Notes under the pieces: model-generated
Told to the model about the DNA's origin: nothing
The model's database searches: none
The model's input: the letters and a program-made list of their open reading frames with translations, nothing else
Shown here: one piece after another, positions 1-10,178 of the stretch
Numbering within the stretch: position 1 is the stretch's first letter
Layout of the letters: each line of letters opens with the position of its first letter
Assembly: GCA_040285855.1 (NCBI GenBank)
Contig: JAUFOQ010000001.1
Coordinates: 3,782,001-3,846,000, forward strand
Source of the DNA: Eukaryota sp. GEM-RC1
Lineage: Eukaryota
Reading direction: 5' to 3'
DNA length: 64,000 nucleotides
Program-made: the position numbers and the translations under genes

Positions 1-218
1 GCCATGATCACTTCCTCCTCCATTTTCCGAACAGAAACCAGATATTACAGTAATCTCTTCACTTTCCTCTTCGACGTTGTTTTCTAGAGCTATCGAAGAG
101 TCCGAATGGGTAGAATAAAGTAGGTAATGACACTAGAAAAGTTGGTTGGTAGAAGACATCAACAACTAGAGGAAGTCGGTAAAGATTATGTTAAAACTGA
201 AGTGCAATACAGTGATAG

Positions 219-311
219 TGTAGGCCACAGGTGTTAATACGTGGCGGTGTTCTAGTACCAATTTCATTATTTAATACACTTATACTTACCACATGTCTCA
301 TACAGGTAACA
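219..311 (+). repeat. 5' LTR of element 1 (93 bp)
   Basis: TGTAGGCCACAGGTG...GGTAACA, identical by eye to 6788-6880. Confidence 0.97.
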
Positions 312-3300
312 ATGATCATTGCTCTGTTAAAGGTTCAGATGCGCTAACAAATGATGAAAGTCTTATTAGAGACTCTCCTAGTGGAGAACTCGAACAGACT
401 GATGGTCCTATTAGAGACTCTCCTAGTGGAGAACTCGAACAGACTAATGACTCGAATAGAGACTCTCCTCGTGGAGAACTCGAAAGAAATCCCAAGTCAA
501 GTAAGGACTCTCCTTCTGGAGAACCTGAAAGTATTGGTGAAGGAGTTGCACAGAGAGACTCTGGTGTGGGAATTGATGGTGTCACAACCAAAGAAACCCA
601 TGTTACACTGGATGAATCTGATGCTGAAGGACTCCGAAAACTCCGTTTGAACCCGGATGGTGAAGACGTGCAGTTTATCTCTGAGTCTAAGACCCCCAAG
701 AAGTCTCGACAGACAACGTCCTCTGGAGCTAAGAATCCTCTGTCAATTGATGAGTTTGACATATCTAATGTGGAATACTCTGAGGAACTTACCCAAGACG
801 ACTTGGCAAGGAAGGCGAAACGTGAAGCCGAGATGGCCGAACTATTAGCTCTCCGTAAAAAGGTCGAAGAACAAGATAGACTACTTGCTATCTCCGTTAA
901 ACCCCATAGACCCATGTCTAATAGGGAACGGAAAGAATTCGAAGCAGGGAAACGGGCAAGGTTTATCGAGGACAACGCTCCGGACTACCTAAGGGATAGA
1001 GCTCTGTGGCATAAGGATGCACTCCCTGATCATCTCATCCCCTTCGAATCCATCCACGACAGCTTAACAGGTATGACTGCGGAAACCCTCTGGTATTATG
1101 CCAAGTTTCAACCGAGTCATCCTGATCTCAAAGCTAGGATGCGGCATAGGAAACATTACCTAATCAGGAATGTACCACCTTTGACTTCCCCAGAGAACAT
1201 CAAGAAGTATCTGGGTGAGAAGTTCAACGAGAGCCGTGGGGATACCTTTCGCTTTCCGGACGATGAAGTCTGGGACCCTTCCATGGGAATGGTTGTTGAA
1301 CCACTTGCTGAACTTGGAGACCCCTCTGGTCAACGAGTATTTTATGCTCACCCTCCTTGGTTTGTGTACCAAAAATCTCGAGAAGCTGCTGTGTTTCACA
1401 ATGTGGCTGTCTCTACAGATTGGGTTGACCCTGCTCACGATTTTCCCAATGTTGGACCTGGTTTAGCGTTAACTCAGAAGTTTCGCACTACTCCAGCTGA
1501 TAACAGGGAGATTGTTCCTTTTGGTCTTCGAAACGATCAAAGACTTGAACCTAGCGTTGGTGCTCCTCTCTGCGAAAGCAAATATCAAGACTCTCCATCA
1601 ATTCGAGAACTAGATGCTGACGCTCCTCCAAATTCTTCCTACCCCGGTAAAACGTTTAGACCTGGTGGTTCTGATATTTATGTTTATGACAAAAAATCAA
1701 AGAAGTTTCTACGTGATAAAGAGATCAACGCTTTTGGAGATAAAAGACACAAGGGCTTGCCGAGGACTGTCTGCGAAGAAGAATTCGAAGAAGTCTACAA
1801 GATAACCGAGAATCCAGATCGCTTAAGTACAACTATGCAGATCTCGGAACTCGAGGAAACTCCAGCTCAACCAGAACCTCTTTCAGAATCAGAAGTAGAA
1901 GAACATACTCGACCTCCTTTCAGATCTCGATACGATGAATCTCCTCCCGACTCAGATGAAGAAGATAGAAGGAATCTGGCTGGATCACGTGCCTTGCGTG
2001 GATCTATGATTTTAGGAAACAATCCAATCAAATCAAAAGCTCGCCCAAAGTCGAAATTCAAGCCAAAGATGTTGGATTCTGCGAATCCCGATAACATCCT
2101 GAACTTCCTGTTAGAGTTCAGCTTCTGGTCTCGCGACATTAGACAACAGGAAGACAAGGTGTACAATGATGAGTTAGGAAAGCCTATCCACTCATATGAC
2201 ATCTGCCGTACTGCCCTCTTGGAGATTGACCCTACTGATGTATGTGAATTTATCAACCAAAACATGGTTTATACTTGGAGACGTACAGGGGAATTATCTT
2301 CTAGTGGAACAGATGATGAAGCCGTTTGGCGTTATCTCTGTACGAAACCTCAGTACAATACTATGGATGCTGCTACTAAGAGTTTTCAAAGGATCAATTT
2401 CACGAAATCCAATGTGGATCCTCCTGAGAAAATCGGAAAGTTCTTGAATGCGGCTATAAAAGCCATTCAACGATCCACCGCCATCAAAGGTATCGGGGAA
2501 GAAAGGATTGCAATGCCATCAGATCTGATTGCTGATCACTTGATCCAAATTGTTGATTGCGATAACAACATCAACCTCCTCGAAGACCTAAAGATGAAGT
2601 GGCTTCGTGTGCTTGAACGTAAACCTGAGATGCTCGAAGAGTTTGTTAATGACTTGAAAGAAGTCTACCTTTTTTGGGCCAGGAATAACAGTGTTCAAAC
2701 CGACGAACGAAGCTCTAGATCAAGTAAACCTTCCAAGAATGCTTTGAAAAAGGCTAGGAAGCCTACGAGATCTAACTCGAACGAAAATCAACGTTCTGAT
2801 GAACGTCCCTCTCGACGAGAAGAAAGAGCTTGTTTCAACTGCAACAAGAAAGGTCATTTGTCTAAGGATTGCAAAGCCCCTCGTAAAAGCAGTGAGTCGG
2901 ATGACAAGTCCAGAAAACGTAGGTCTGGTGACGATAGTCGTAGTAAATTTTCTAAATATTCTAAGAATAAAACCGATAATTATATCTTGCAAATTAGAAC
3001 AACAGTCAACGATACACCAGATAAATATATCAATCCCCTGGCAGTTCTCAACACACAAGAGGATAAGGATGATACATCTAGAAAGATTTATAGTTTACAG
3101 AACTTAGGGATCAAAGACAAAGGTAACGGGCCTCTAGTTCTACGATTGTTGATTAACAAAGTTCCAGTGACAGGTGAATTTGATACAGCAGCTACATGCT
3201 CTGTGATCACTCAGGACCTTGTTCGTCACTGTGGAATGGAAATTACTGACGACAGTATTGATTACATTTCAGCGAATAATATTCGTGCAACTTCCTTAGG

Positions 3301-6300
3301 TAGTGCAATTGGTGTTCTGACGTTCAACGTCGGAAGTGTGGCCAACCAGATTCACAAAAGGCACTCTCTCCCCGTAATTCCAGGTACCGGAACATTACTG
3401 ATTGGACGAGATTTGCAAAATGATCTAGGGCTCCTGACAGATGATGGTTTGATCATAAGATTAGACAAAGAACATCGCACAATCTTAAACACTGAAAGTG
3501 AATTTGATGAGAGAATTTCGATTCCATCAAAACCCATCTTGGATCAATCAATTTCGATTGCTTCCATCAATGATGAGTGCGGCAAGTCTAAACCCTCTAA
3601 TCAACCTTTGATTGACTTTGAGAGGAAAGTTGACGATTCTGGCTGTAAGATACTACTAGATGATCCTACACGACGACAGGCATTGCTTACCCTATTAAGC
3701 GAATACTCCGAAGTCTTCTCTGAAGAAATACATCCTGACGGCATTGATTGTCCTCCGATGTCTATTCCCTTCTACGACGAGAGCACGGTTGTATATAGGC
3801 CTCCTCGACGGTTGAACCCTGTGAAACAGAAAGTTGCCGAAGAGATCTTTAATGAATTAATACTGCAAGGATGGGCCGTACCATCGACAGGAACATTCAG
3901 CAGTCCCATTGTCCTGGTGATGTACAACGACCACCGCAAGCCCCGTTTAACTGGAGATTTCAGTGGGCCCAATGGGATAAATGCTAATACGAAGCCTGTG
4001 AAGCCGAATCTGCCCAGGATCTGTGATATACTAGAGTTCCTTTCGAATGCAAACTTCATCGGAACAGTTGATCTTCCAAAAGCTTTTTGGCAACTCAAAG
4101 TAGCTGAAGAAGACGTCGACAAGACAACGGTGTCTATACCTGGTATGTCAATTAGTTTCAAACGGGCATGTTTTGGTTTGAAGAATGTACCTGCAATCTT
4201 CCAAAACATTATGATGGACATATTCAACATTGAGGGTGTTTTTATTTATATTGACGATATAATAATCATAGGGAACACATTTGAAGAATATATGGATCGA
4301 TTACGACAAGTACTAGATTGCGCCAGACGCTTTCGTGTACGTTTTGGATTACGTAAATGTTATTTCGTAACTTGTAATCACAAAATCAAGATTCTAGGCA
4401 GCATCTTTGTGAACAAAACCCGTTGCATCGATGAAAGTAGAATTTCTGCTTTGAGGAACCTACCAGCTCCAAGTAATCTCACTGAAGTTAGAAGTCTGAT
4501 TGGTGCTTTGAACTATATAAGAGACTTCATTCCAAATTTTTCGGATTTGACAGCTCCATTAGTAGCACTAACTCGTGACAAACCTAAGAAGATACTGTGG
4601 ACAACGGAACATGATGAATTATTAGAATCAATCAAAGGATTAATAATCAATCATATGGCTTTAGACTTGCCTAGTGAAGAAATGAACATCATAATCTCCA
4701 CGGATGCATCTAACATAGCCGTAGGTGGCGTGATTTGGCAGGAAGAAAATCCTCGATCTCCACCTGGGACTCTTCTAAAAGATCGAAAGGTTCGACCTAT
4801 CTCTTTCTATAGCAGACTTTTGAACAATAGTCAGCAGAATTGGGCTGCAATTCAGAAAGAATTGTATGCCATTTTGCTGATTCTGACTGAATCAACCTTG
4901 GAAGGTTTCCTAATGAGTAGACACTTGACGATCTTTACAGATCATAGGAACCTTGCCTTTCTCATAACTGCACCTGAGAATAACCGGATTGTCAAACGAT
5001 GGATCCCAATATTTTCTGAGTATAGTTTTGAGATTGAGCACGTTGCAGGAGAAGATAATCAATGGGCTGACATGCTATCACGAGTAATCGATCGCACCCC
5101 CATTGAGACAATCAAATCAGTGATTTTGACAGATCACGTCTCAGATCGGAACATTGTACTCAATCAAATGGATATGAGACACAATGGAGATGACTACACC
5201 GAGTTACGGTTCATCAAGGATAACTCAACCTATGTCATCAACAATCTACGGGAACTATCTGTCGACAACCAACTTCCTTTGTTCGACTCTTGGCTGTCAA
5301 CCATTAGATCCGAACAACTGAAGGCTTACGAGTTGAAAGATCCTTTATTTAAGAACACGGTACTATGCTCTGAAAGCATGTTACACTTATCTAAAGACAA
5401 GAAAATCCTGATACCAAGCACTTTGAGGAAAACAGTACTCAATATGCTCCATGGTTTAGTCCAAGCAGGACACCCAAACTTGAAAGATAGTTTGGCTAAG
5501 CTGTTCAACAGTGGCTACTTTTGGCCTAAGATGAAAGCTGACATGGTAAAACATGTTAAGCACTGTCCAGCCTGTCAGAAAACAGCTCCGGCTAATAAAC
5601 TGACTATCGAATCGACGGGTTCGTTATGGGCCGACAGACCTTTCGCAAGACTCAATGTCGACACGATTGGACCTCTTCCAAAAGATCAAGATGGTAATCA
5701 GTTCTTACTGGTCTTCGTGGATTCGTTCACAAGATATACTATCCTTAGCCCCCTCGAAGAACTAAATAGTATCGAGGTAGCACATCGTCTAGTGTGGGAT
5801 GTTGTTGCTATCTTTGGAGTACCTTTTATGATTCACAGTGATAACGGCAAGGAGTTTGCTAACTCCACGTTCGAGGCAGTTTGTAACCTGCTGGCCGTTG
5901 AGATCAGTCGTTCGATTCCACATTTCTCTCAAAGTAATGGTCTGGTGGAACGTCGACACAGGGATGTACTTCAAAGTCTACGTCGTCTCCTTGTAGATTT
6001 CAACGATTACGATAGTTGGTCTAGATATATTCCAGCTGTACAACTTCAAATAAATGCTACTACTAGTAGTGTCACAGGCCACTCACCATATGAACTGATG
6101 TTTGGAAGTGATATTAGCCCTGGTTCTGATCCAGGAAACATGCTAAAAGCATTTGAACAAAGTCGATCTGAGATTCCATTCGTAAAAGATATGGCTCTAA
6201 AACTTGAAAGACTAACGAAAAAGCGAGAAGAGGCAGAGACTCGTCAAACAAGTAAGGCCCCTCGCAAAACCAACAAAAGTAACCCGTTCAAGATAGGTGA

Positions 6301-6787
6301 TCTCGTACTGAAGAAGTCAAAGACATCTAAGCTACATGGTAGTTATGCTGGACCATTCCTGGTAATGTCAGTTGATTCTCAATCATCAATGTCAATCAAG
6401 AATCTGATTACTGGTCACGTCAGCAAAGCTAGTGTACACCAATGTAAGATCTATCTCACAGACTTACCCAACGACTCTGATTTCCATAAGGCTGTTGCGT
6501 CAGGCGATTCCGAAGAACATATCGTCCTTGAAATACTCGACCGCTATGATACCCCCAATGGTGAACACTGTACTGTGTTATGGTATGGTGGTGAAACCTC
6601 CTCAGTTCCCACCAAGGATATTTCCAATACCAAAGCTTATTCTGCGTTTATTAAATTAGAAAGTATTGATAGTAAAGTCCACAAGCCTAAGAAGCCCTTG
6701 CCTCGTACTAGAGTATCTAGCTCAGGACTGTCTAGTAAAACACCTGTTGCCAAGAGAACTAGGAACTCGAAGAGAGAGAAGAGGTAG
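293..6787 (+). CDS. Gag-Pol polyprotein, 2164 aa (long Gag, CCHC knuckle, protease, RT, RNase H, integrase, chromodomain-like C-terminus)
   Basis: CFNCNKKGHLSKDC knuckle; FDTAA...LLIGRD protease; DLPKAFWQ, FGLKN, YIDD RT; TDASN, ELYAI, FTDH, WADMLSR RNase H; H..H..CPAC, DTIGP, SDNGKEF, VERRH integrase; GPF motif; EILDR...TVLWYGG chromodomain-like. Confidence 0.97.
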   Translation: MSHTGNNDHCSVKGSDALTNDESLIRDSPSGELEQTDGPIRDSPSGELEQTNDSNRDSPRGELERNPKSSKDSPSGEPESIGEGVAQRDSGVGIDGVTTKETHVTLDESDAEGLRKLRLNPDGEDVQFISESKTPKKSRQTTSSGAKNPLSIDEFDISNVEYSEELTQDDLARKAKREAEMAELLALRKKVEEQDRLLAISVKPHRPMSNRERKEFEAGKRARFIEDNAPDYLRDRALWHKDALPDHLIPFESIHDSLTGMTAETLWYYAKFQPSHPDLKARMRHRKHYLIRNVPPLTSPENIKKYLGEKFNESRGDTFRFPDDEVWDPSMGMVVEPLAELGDPSGQRVFYAHPPWFVYQKSREAAVFHNVAVSTDWVDPAHDFPNVGPGLALTQKFRTTPADNREIVPFGLRNDQRLEPSVGAPLCESKYQDSPSIRELDADAPPNSSYPGKTFRPGGSDIYVYDKKSKKFLRDKEINAFGDKRHKGLPRTVCEEEFEEVYKITENPDRLSTTMQISELEETPAQPEPLSESEVEEHTRPPFRSRYDESPPDSDEEDRRNLAGSRALRGSMILGNNPIKSKARPKSKFKPKMLDSANPDNILNFLLEFSFWSRDIRQQEDKVYNDELGKPIHSYDICRTALLEIDPTDVCEFINQNMVYTWRRTGELSSSGTDDEAVWRYLCTKPQYNTMDAATKSFQRINFTKSNVDPPEKIGKFLNAAIKAIQRSTAIKGIGEERIAMPSDLIADHLIQIVDCDNNINLLEDLKMKWLRVLERKPEMLEEFVNDLKEVYLFWARNNSVQTDERSSRSSKPSKNALKKARKPTRSNSNENQRSDERPSRREERACFNCNKKGHLSKDCKAPRKSSESDDKSRKRRSGDDSRSKFSKYSKNKTDNYILQIRTTVNDTPDKYINPLAVLNTQEDKDDTSRKIYSLQNLGIKDKGNGPLVLRLLINKVPVTGEFDTAATCSVITQDLVRHCGMEITDDSIDYISANNIRATSLGSAIGVLTFNVGSVANQIHKRHSLPVIPGTGTLLIGRDLQNDLGLLTDDGLIIRLDKEHRTILNTESEFDERISIPSKPILDQSISIASINDECGKSKPSNQPLIDFERKVDDSGCKILLDDPTRRQALLTLLSEYSEVFSEEIHPDGIDCPPMSIPFYDESTVVYRPPRRLNPVKQKVAEEIFNELILQGWAVPSTGTFSSPIVLVMYNDHRKPRLTGDFSGPNGINANTKPVKPNLPRICDILEFLSNANFIGTVDLPKAFWQLKVAEEDVDKTTVSIPGMSISFKRACFGLKNVPAIFQNIMMDIFNIEGVFIYIDDIIIIGNTFEEYMDRLRQVLDCARRFRVRFGLRKCYFVTCNHKIKILGSIFVNKTRCIDESRISALRNLPAPSNLTEVRSLIGALNYIRDFIPNFSDLTAPLVALTRDKPKKILWTTEHDELLESIKGLIINHMALDLPSEEMNIIISTDASNIAVGGVIWQEENPRSPPGTLLKDRKVRPISFYSRLLNNSQQNWAAIQKELYAILLILTESTLEGFLMSRHLTIFTDHRNLAFLITAPENNRIVKRWIPIFSEYSFEIEHVAGEDNQWADMLSRVIDRTPIETIKSVILTDHVSDRNIVLNQMDMRHNGDDYTELRFIKDNSTYVINNLRELSVDNQLPLFDSWLSTIRSEQLKAYELKDPLFKNTVLCSESMLHLSKDKKILIPSTLRKTVLNMLHGLVQAGHPNLKDSLAKLFNSGYFWPKMKADMVKHVKHCPACQKTAPANKLTIESTGSLWADRPFARLNVDTIGPLPKDQDGNQFLLVFVDSFTRYTILSPLEELNSIEVAHRLVWDVVAIFGVPFMIHSDNGKEFANSTFEAVCNLLAVEISRSIPHFSQSNGLVERRHRDVLQSLRRLLVDFNDYDSWSRYIPAVQLQINATTSSVTGHSPYELMFGSDISPGSDPGNMLKAFEQSRSEIPFVKDMALKLERLTKKREEAETRQTSKAPRKTNKSNPFKIGDLVLKKSKTSKLHGSYAGPFLVMSVDSQSSMSIKNLITGHVSKASVHQCKIYLTDLPNDSDFHKAVASGDSEEHIVLEILDRYDTPNGEHCTVLWYGGETSSVPTKDISNTKAYSAFIKLESIDSKVHKPKKPLPRTRVSSSGLSSKTPVAKRTRNSKREKR
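365..544 (+). repeat. Four 45-bp coding tandem repeats at the Gag N-terminus
   Basis: Units at 365, 410, 455 and 500 encode (I/N/S)(R/K)DSP(S/R)GE-type 15-mers. Confidence 0.9.
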
Positions 6788-6880
6788 TGTAGGCCACAGG
6801 TGTTAATACGTGGCGGTGTTCTAGTACCAATTTCATTATTTAATACACTTATACTTACCACATGTCTCATACAGGTAACA
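6788..6880 (+). repeat. 3' LTR of element 1 (93 bp)
   Basis: Begins immediately after the TAG stop and the PPT; followed by the ATAG TSD. Confidence 0.97.
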
Positions 6881-7152
6881 ATAGAGAGAAGTTTTTCACT
6901 GTCTACTGTAGTTAGAGCTAATTTCAATTGGTCATTACATATTTGCTTGATGACCTGAATCTTTGTCCATGACAATGGACTAATACTGTCTGGTCATCCA
7001 GTAGACTTTCACAAGTTCATAAACCTTTGTATAACATGTAACAGCGTTAACCATCATCTTGGGGCATTTGCATATACTATATACAGCAAATCTGTATATA
7101 CAGTATTATATGTGTATATGTAGATCAGAACTATGATCATGATCTAAATACT

Positions 7153-7455
7153 CATGTTGAGTACAAATTATGTCCTTTTGCAATTTCAATTTATGGTCGA
7201 CTTGGAAGAGATGCTCTTTGTTTTCTCGCTGATTTTGAGAAAGTGGTCAAAAAAAGAATGAACAAGAAATTTGATTTCAAATTTTGGTTGAATCGTATTG
7301 TTTTTACAATATTTAAAACAATTCCTATCATGATTTCTAAAGCTCAATTAGCTCTCAGTGTTTTTTATGAAGAAAAAGCTGATCTGAGTTTTAATGGCAA
7401 TAATTGTTGCTTTAATGATATTGAGTTCTAGTATTTGTGTTTATGTTAGTGTTTT
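7153..7455 (+). mobile_element. 3' fragment of CRE-like non-LTR retrotransposon, family A
   Basis: CPFAISIYGRLG...WLNRIVFTIFK...CCFNDIEF*, near-identical to the 3' ends at 19193, 22795 and 35514. Confidence 0.9.
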
Positions 7456-7622
7456 CAAAAACGCCTTTTATTTACTCTTACAAATCTTACAAATACAAAC
7501 TTTCATTAATATTAACAACATCTTAGTGTTTTTGTTCCATAAAAAGATTTGACTGATCTAAATCAAACACTAGACGTGTTGATAAAAACACTTTGTGTTC
7601 TATTTTTGCCTAAAACCAGTTC

Positions 7623-10178
7623 ATGACTTCAGAGCAAGCTTTCAACCATTCATGCTCACCTTCACCAGTATTTGCTAACCCCACCTTTACACCATCCTTT
7701 TGGACTATGCTTTCTCTTTGGTCGGCTTCTCATAACCAACATCTTTCACTTAGAATTCCTGATGTGGTCATCCTAGATCACGGTGTCCCGATATCTTGGT
7801 TTTTCACAGCAAAAGACGGAACAATTCGTCGCCATCTACCTTTTAAAACTTCTATCGCCAACATACGTGATTCTTTCCTCTCCCAGTCCCAACGTTTCAA
7901 CTCCAACACTTCCCCCACTTCCTTCTTCGTTCGTCTCTTCATCTCGTCTTCTCTGGAGACTCAGTTGTTAACTAGATCTGAGTTTAGGAGGAGAATCTTT
8001 TCCAGGGACCCTAGCGATGAAGAGTTAGGTCAATCTCGTTTCACTGCGGTACAATGCTATTTTGAAGATTTCTGTTATAATTCTTGGACTTTTTCCCTTG
8101 ACTTCAAGAGAAATGACGACGATTTGGGGGATAAGTTTACTGTTATTAAAACCATCAACCCTTCGATTGCCAGTTCTAAAGCTGTTATAGCAATCGTAGA
8201 CAGTCTACTCGATCAAGGTTCCAAAATGATCTCTATTTTGATTGATTGGCTGGAACAAATCAATCAATTGGATTCGTTGATTGTGGAAGGTAGAGCGTGT
8301 TTTGTTGTGACACATCAAAAGGAATTGTTTTTGACTGAAGTTACTGAATTAAAACTTCAAAATGAAAATTTCGATTTTTCATCAATTTTAAATATTTTGA
8401 GTGACAGAGCTCATGTTCATGTTAATTCAATTCCACCTGCTCCAACACCTACACCACAACCTAAGAAATTTAAAAAACTTGTAAATTACATTTTTGTGAG
8501 AAGTCAATAGATTCATTTAAAAAACATGATAATTCTAATTCAGTTTCAGAAGTTTTATTTTCGAACGAGCTTTTCTCAGAATATTCATGTCAATTAGCTG
8601 AAAAATTTAGTTGTTCTGATGATTCTAAATTTTCAGAATTTTTGACCAAACCACGTCATTTGATTGAAGCTGCACGAATGTTCTATAGATCAACTGATCC
8701 TTATTTAATCAATGCGAGATTGTCTAGAATTGCCAATACGATATATCTCGATGAATTAGATGTTTGTTTTAAATGTTGTGTTTTAATTGAGTTATATCAA
8801 GAGCTTTTTGAAGCTTCCATTGAACTTCAAAACTTGGAAAAAATTGAGAGAAATGAAAAAGAAGAGCAGAATCAACTAATTCAAAATTTCATACTCCCAA
8901 AATTTCAAATTCTACTTTTTCTCATCATACGTATTCTTCAGAGAAAAAGAGATCAATCACATTATCAAGACTTGACAATTTTAAAAGTTTAAGTGAGCCC
9001 CCGAAAGTTATTCCTCAAAGAGATTCTTCTTTTATGACCTCATTTTGAGTTCTTCTCTGGAAATTCCAAGACCAAGCTTTGATTCTCCATTGATTTCAAT
9101 ATTAAATGAATCTGAGTTTTTTAATATTCATAGCTCCATACAAATTGACAGTTTTTCTGTCAAATATTTAATTGTTTCCCATGATTCGCCCATGTACTCA
9201 ATTATTTTCGTTAATTCTTTCCTTTTGACATTTCTATGATTTTTAACAGTTTTCTAAAATTATCAAAAATTTCTCCCGTGGAAATCATCATCTTAGACTA
9301 TCCTACAACTGATGACGTGGATTGCATGACTTCTTATGACTTCTCTAAAGCTGGTTCTGTTTTGATTTCCGCTATAGAATTGTTAATTGCTGATTTTTCT
9401 ACAGATTTAAAATTACACGACAAATTTCGTCCCTTTTTTCTGTCAGGATTACTTGAATCAGCAGTTGTTGGGCTATCAATGGCGTGTGATCTTTCACTAC
9501 AGGGAAAATCTGTAAATTTAGTTGGTTTTCAATTTTTTAATCCACATTTTCCCCAAGAAAAGGATTTTTTCGATATATTAGTTAGAGATTTAGCCGAAAA
9601 ATTGTCAATTAATCCCTCTGTAACACCGTTGTCTCTAAGTGTTGAACATTTGTTCTGTCAACAATTTTTAAATTTCTATTCCAAACCATTTCTGGTCTCT
9701 TTACTAGCAAATTCGTCGTTCAATTCACTCAGTTTTTGTCAAAAAATGCAGGTTTATTATAATTCATTTGCTTCCAAATATTTCGAATATTTTAAATTCT
9801 GTGAAGGAGCTTAGACTTTTACGACAACTTCCCAGTTTAATTTTTCGTTCAAATTCGCTACCTACTGACACATTTTTTAAATTTTCAACTATGACTGGGG
9901 GACAGAAGTATACCTGTTCAGATCCAGCGGAAATCTTTTTAATGAGAGAAAACAAAGGGATTTCAAGGATTTGTGATGTTTCAAGTGATGGGAAATTTTT
10001 ACTATTTGTAGAAAATGAAGATGAGTTTGTTGCAACATGCTCTGCATTTTCTTTTAGAATTTTAAAATATTTGTCAAAAGAAGTTGATTGCAAACTTGAA
10101 TCTATAGTTTGCTTGGTACTGATCTCCAGTTTTTCTTTTAAGTTTGTAGTTATTGTATTTTTAATTTTCGCAACTTAA
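7623..10178 (+). CDS. Hypothetical protein, probably one gene broken by several frameshifts; end uncertain
   Basis: Consecutive same-strand ORFs 7623-8510, 8642-8992, 9045-9239, 9236-9814, 9768-10178; the first frame change maps to the A7 run at ~8471-8477. Confidence 0.5.

Larger units (their letters stand above)
219..6880 (+). mobile_element. Full-length Ty3/gypsy LTR retrotransposon (element 1)
   Basis: Identical 93-bp TG...CA direct repeats at 219-311 and 6788-6880; ATAG TSD at 215-218 and 6881-6884; polypurine tract 6769-6784; single ORF in PR-RT-RH-IN order. Confidence 0.97.

Noticed and set aside
1..200. Minus-strand acidic reading frame running off the left edge
   Set aside because: Too short, with an in-frame stop after the nearest ATG; cannot be assigned.
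365..544. Regularly spaced repeats resembling a CRISPR array
   Set aside because: In-frame 45-bp degenerate coding repeats in Gag; no unique spacers or cas genes; eukaryotic context.
316..975. 219-aa antisense ORF, and similar antisense ORFs at 33704, 36536, 45285, 61921
   Set aside because: Shadows of well-supported genes with no recognisable motifs.
293..6787. Window RTs as DGR, retron or group II intron RTs
   Set aside because: Domain context and motifs identify them as gypsy (PR-RT-RH-IN) and CRE-like (RT-ZnF-RLE).
8481..8510. Possible 30-nt GT...AG intron
   Set aside because: Splicing does not reach the downstream frame; a frameshift in the A7 run just upstream does.
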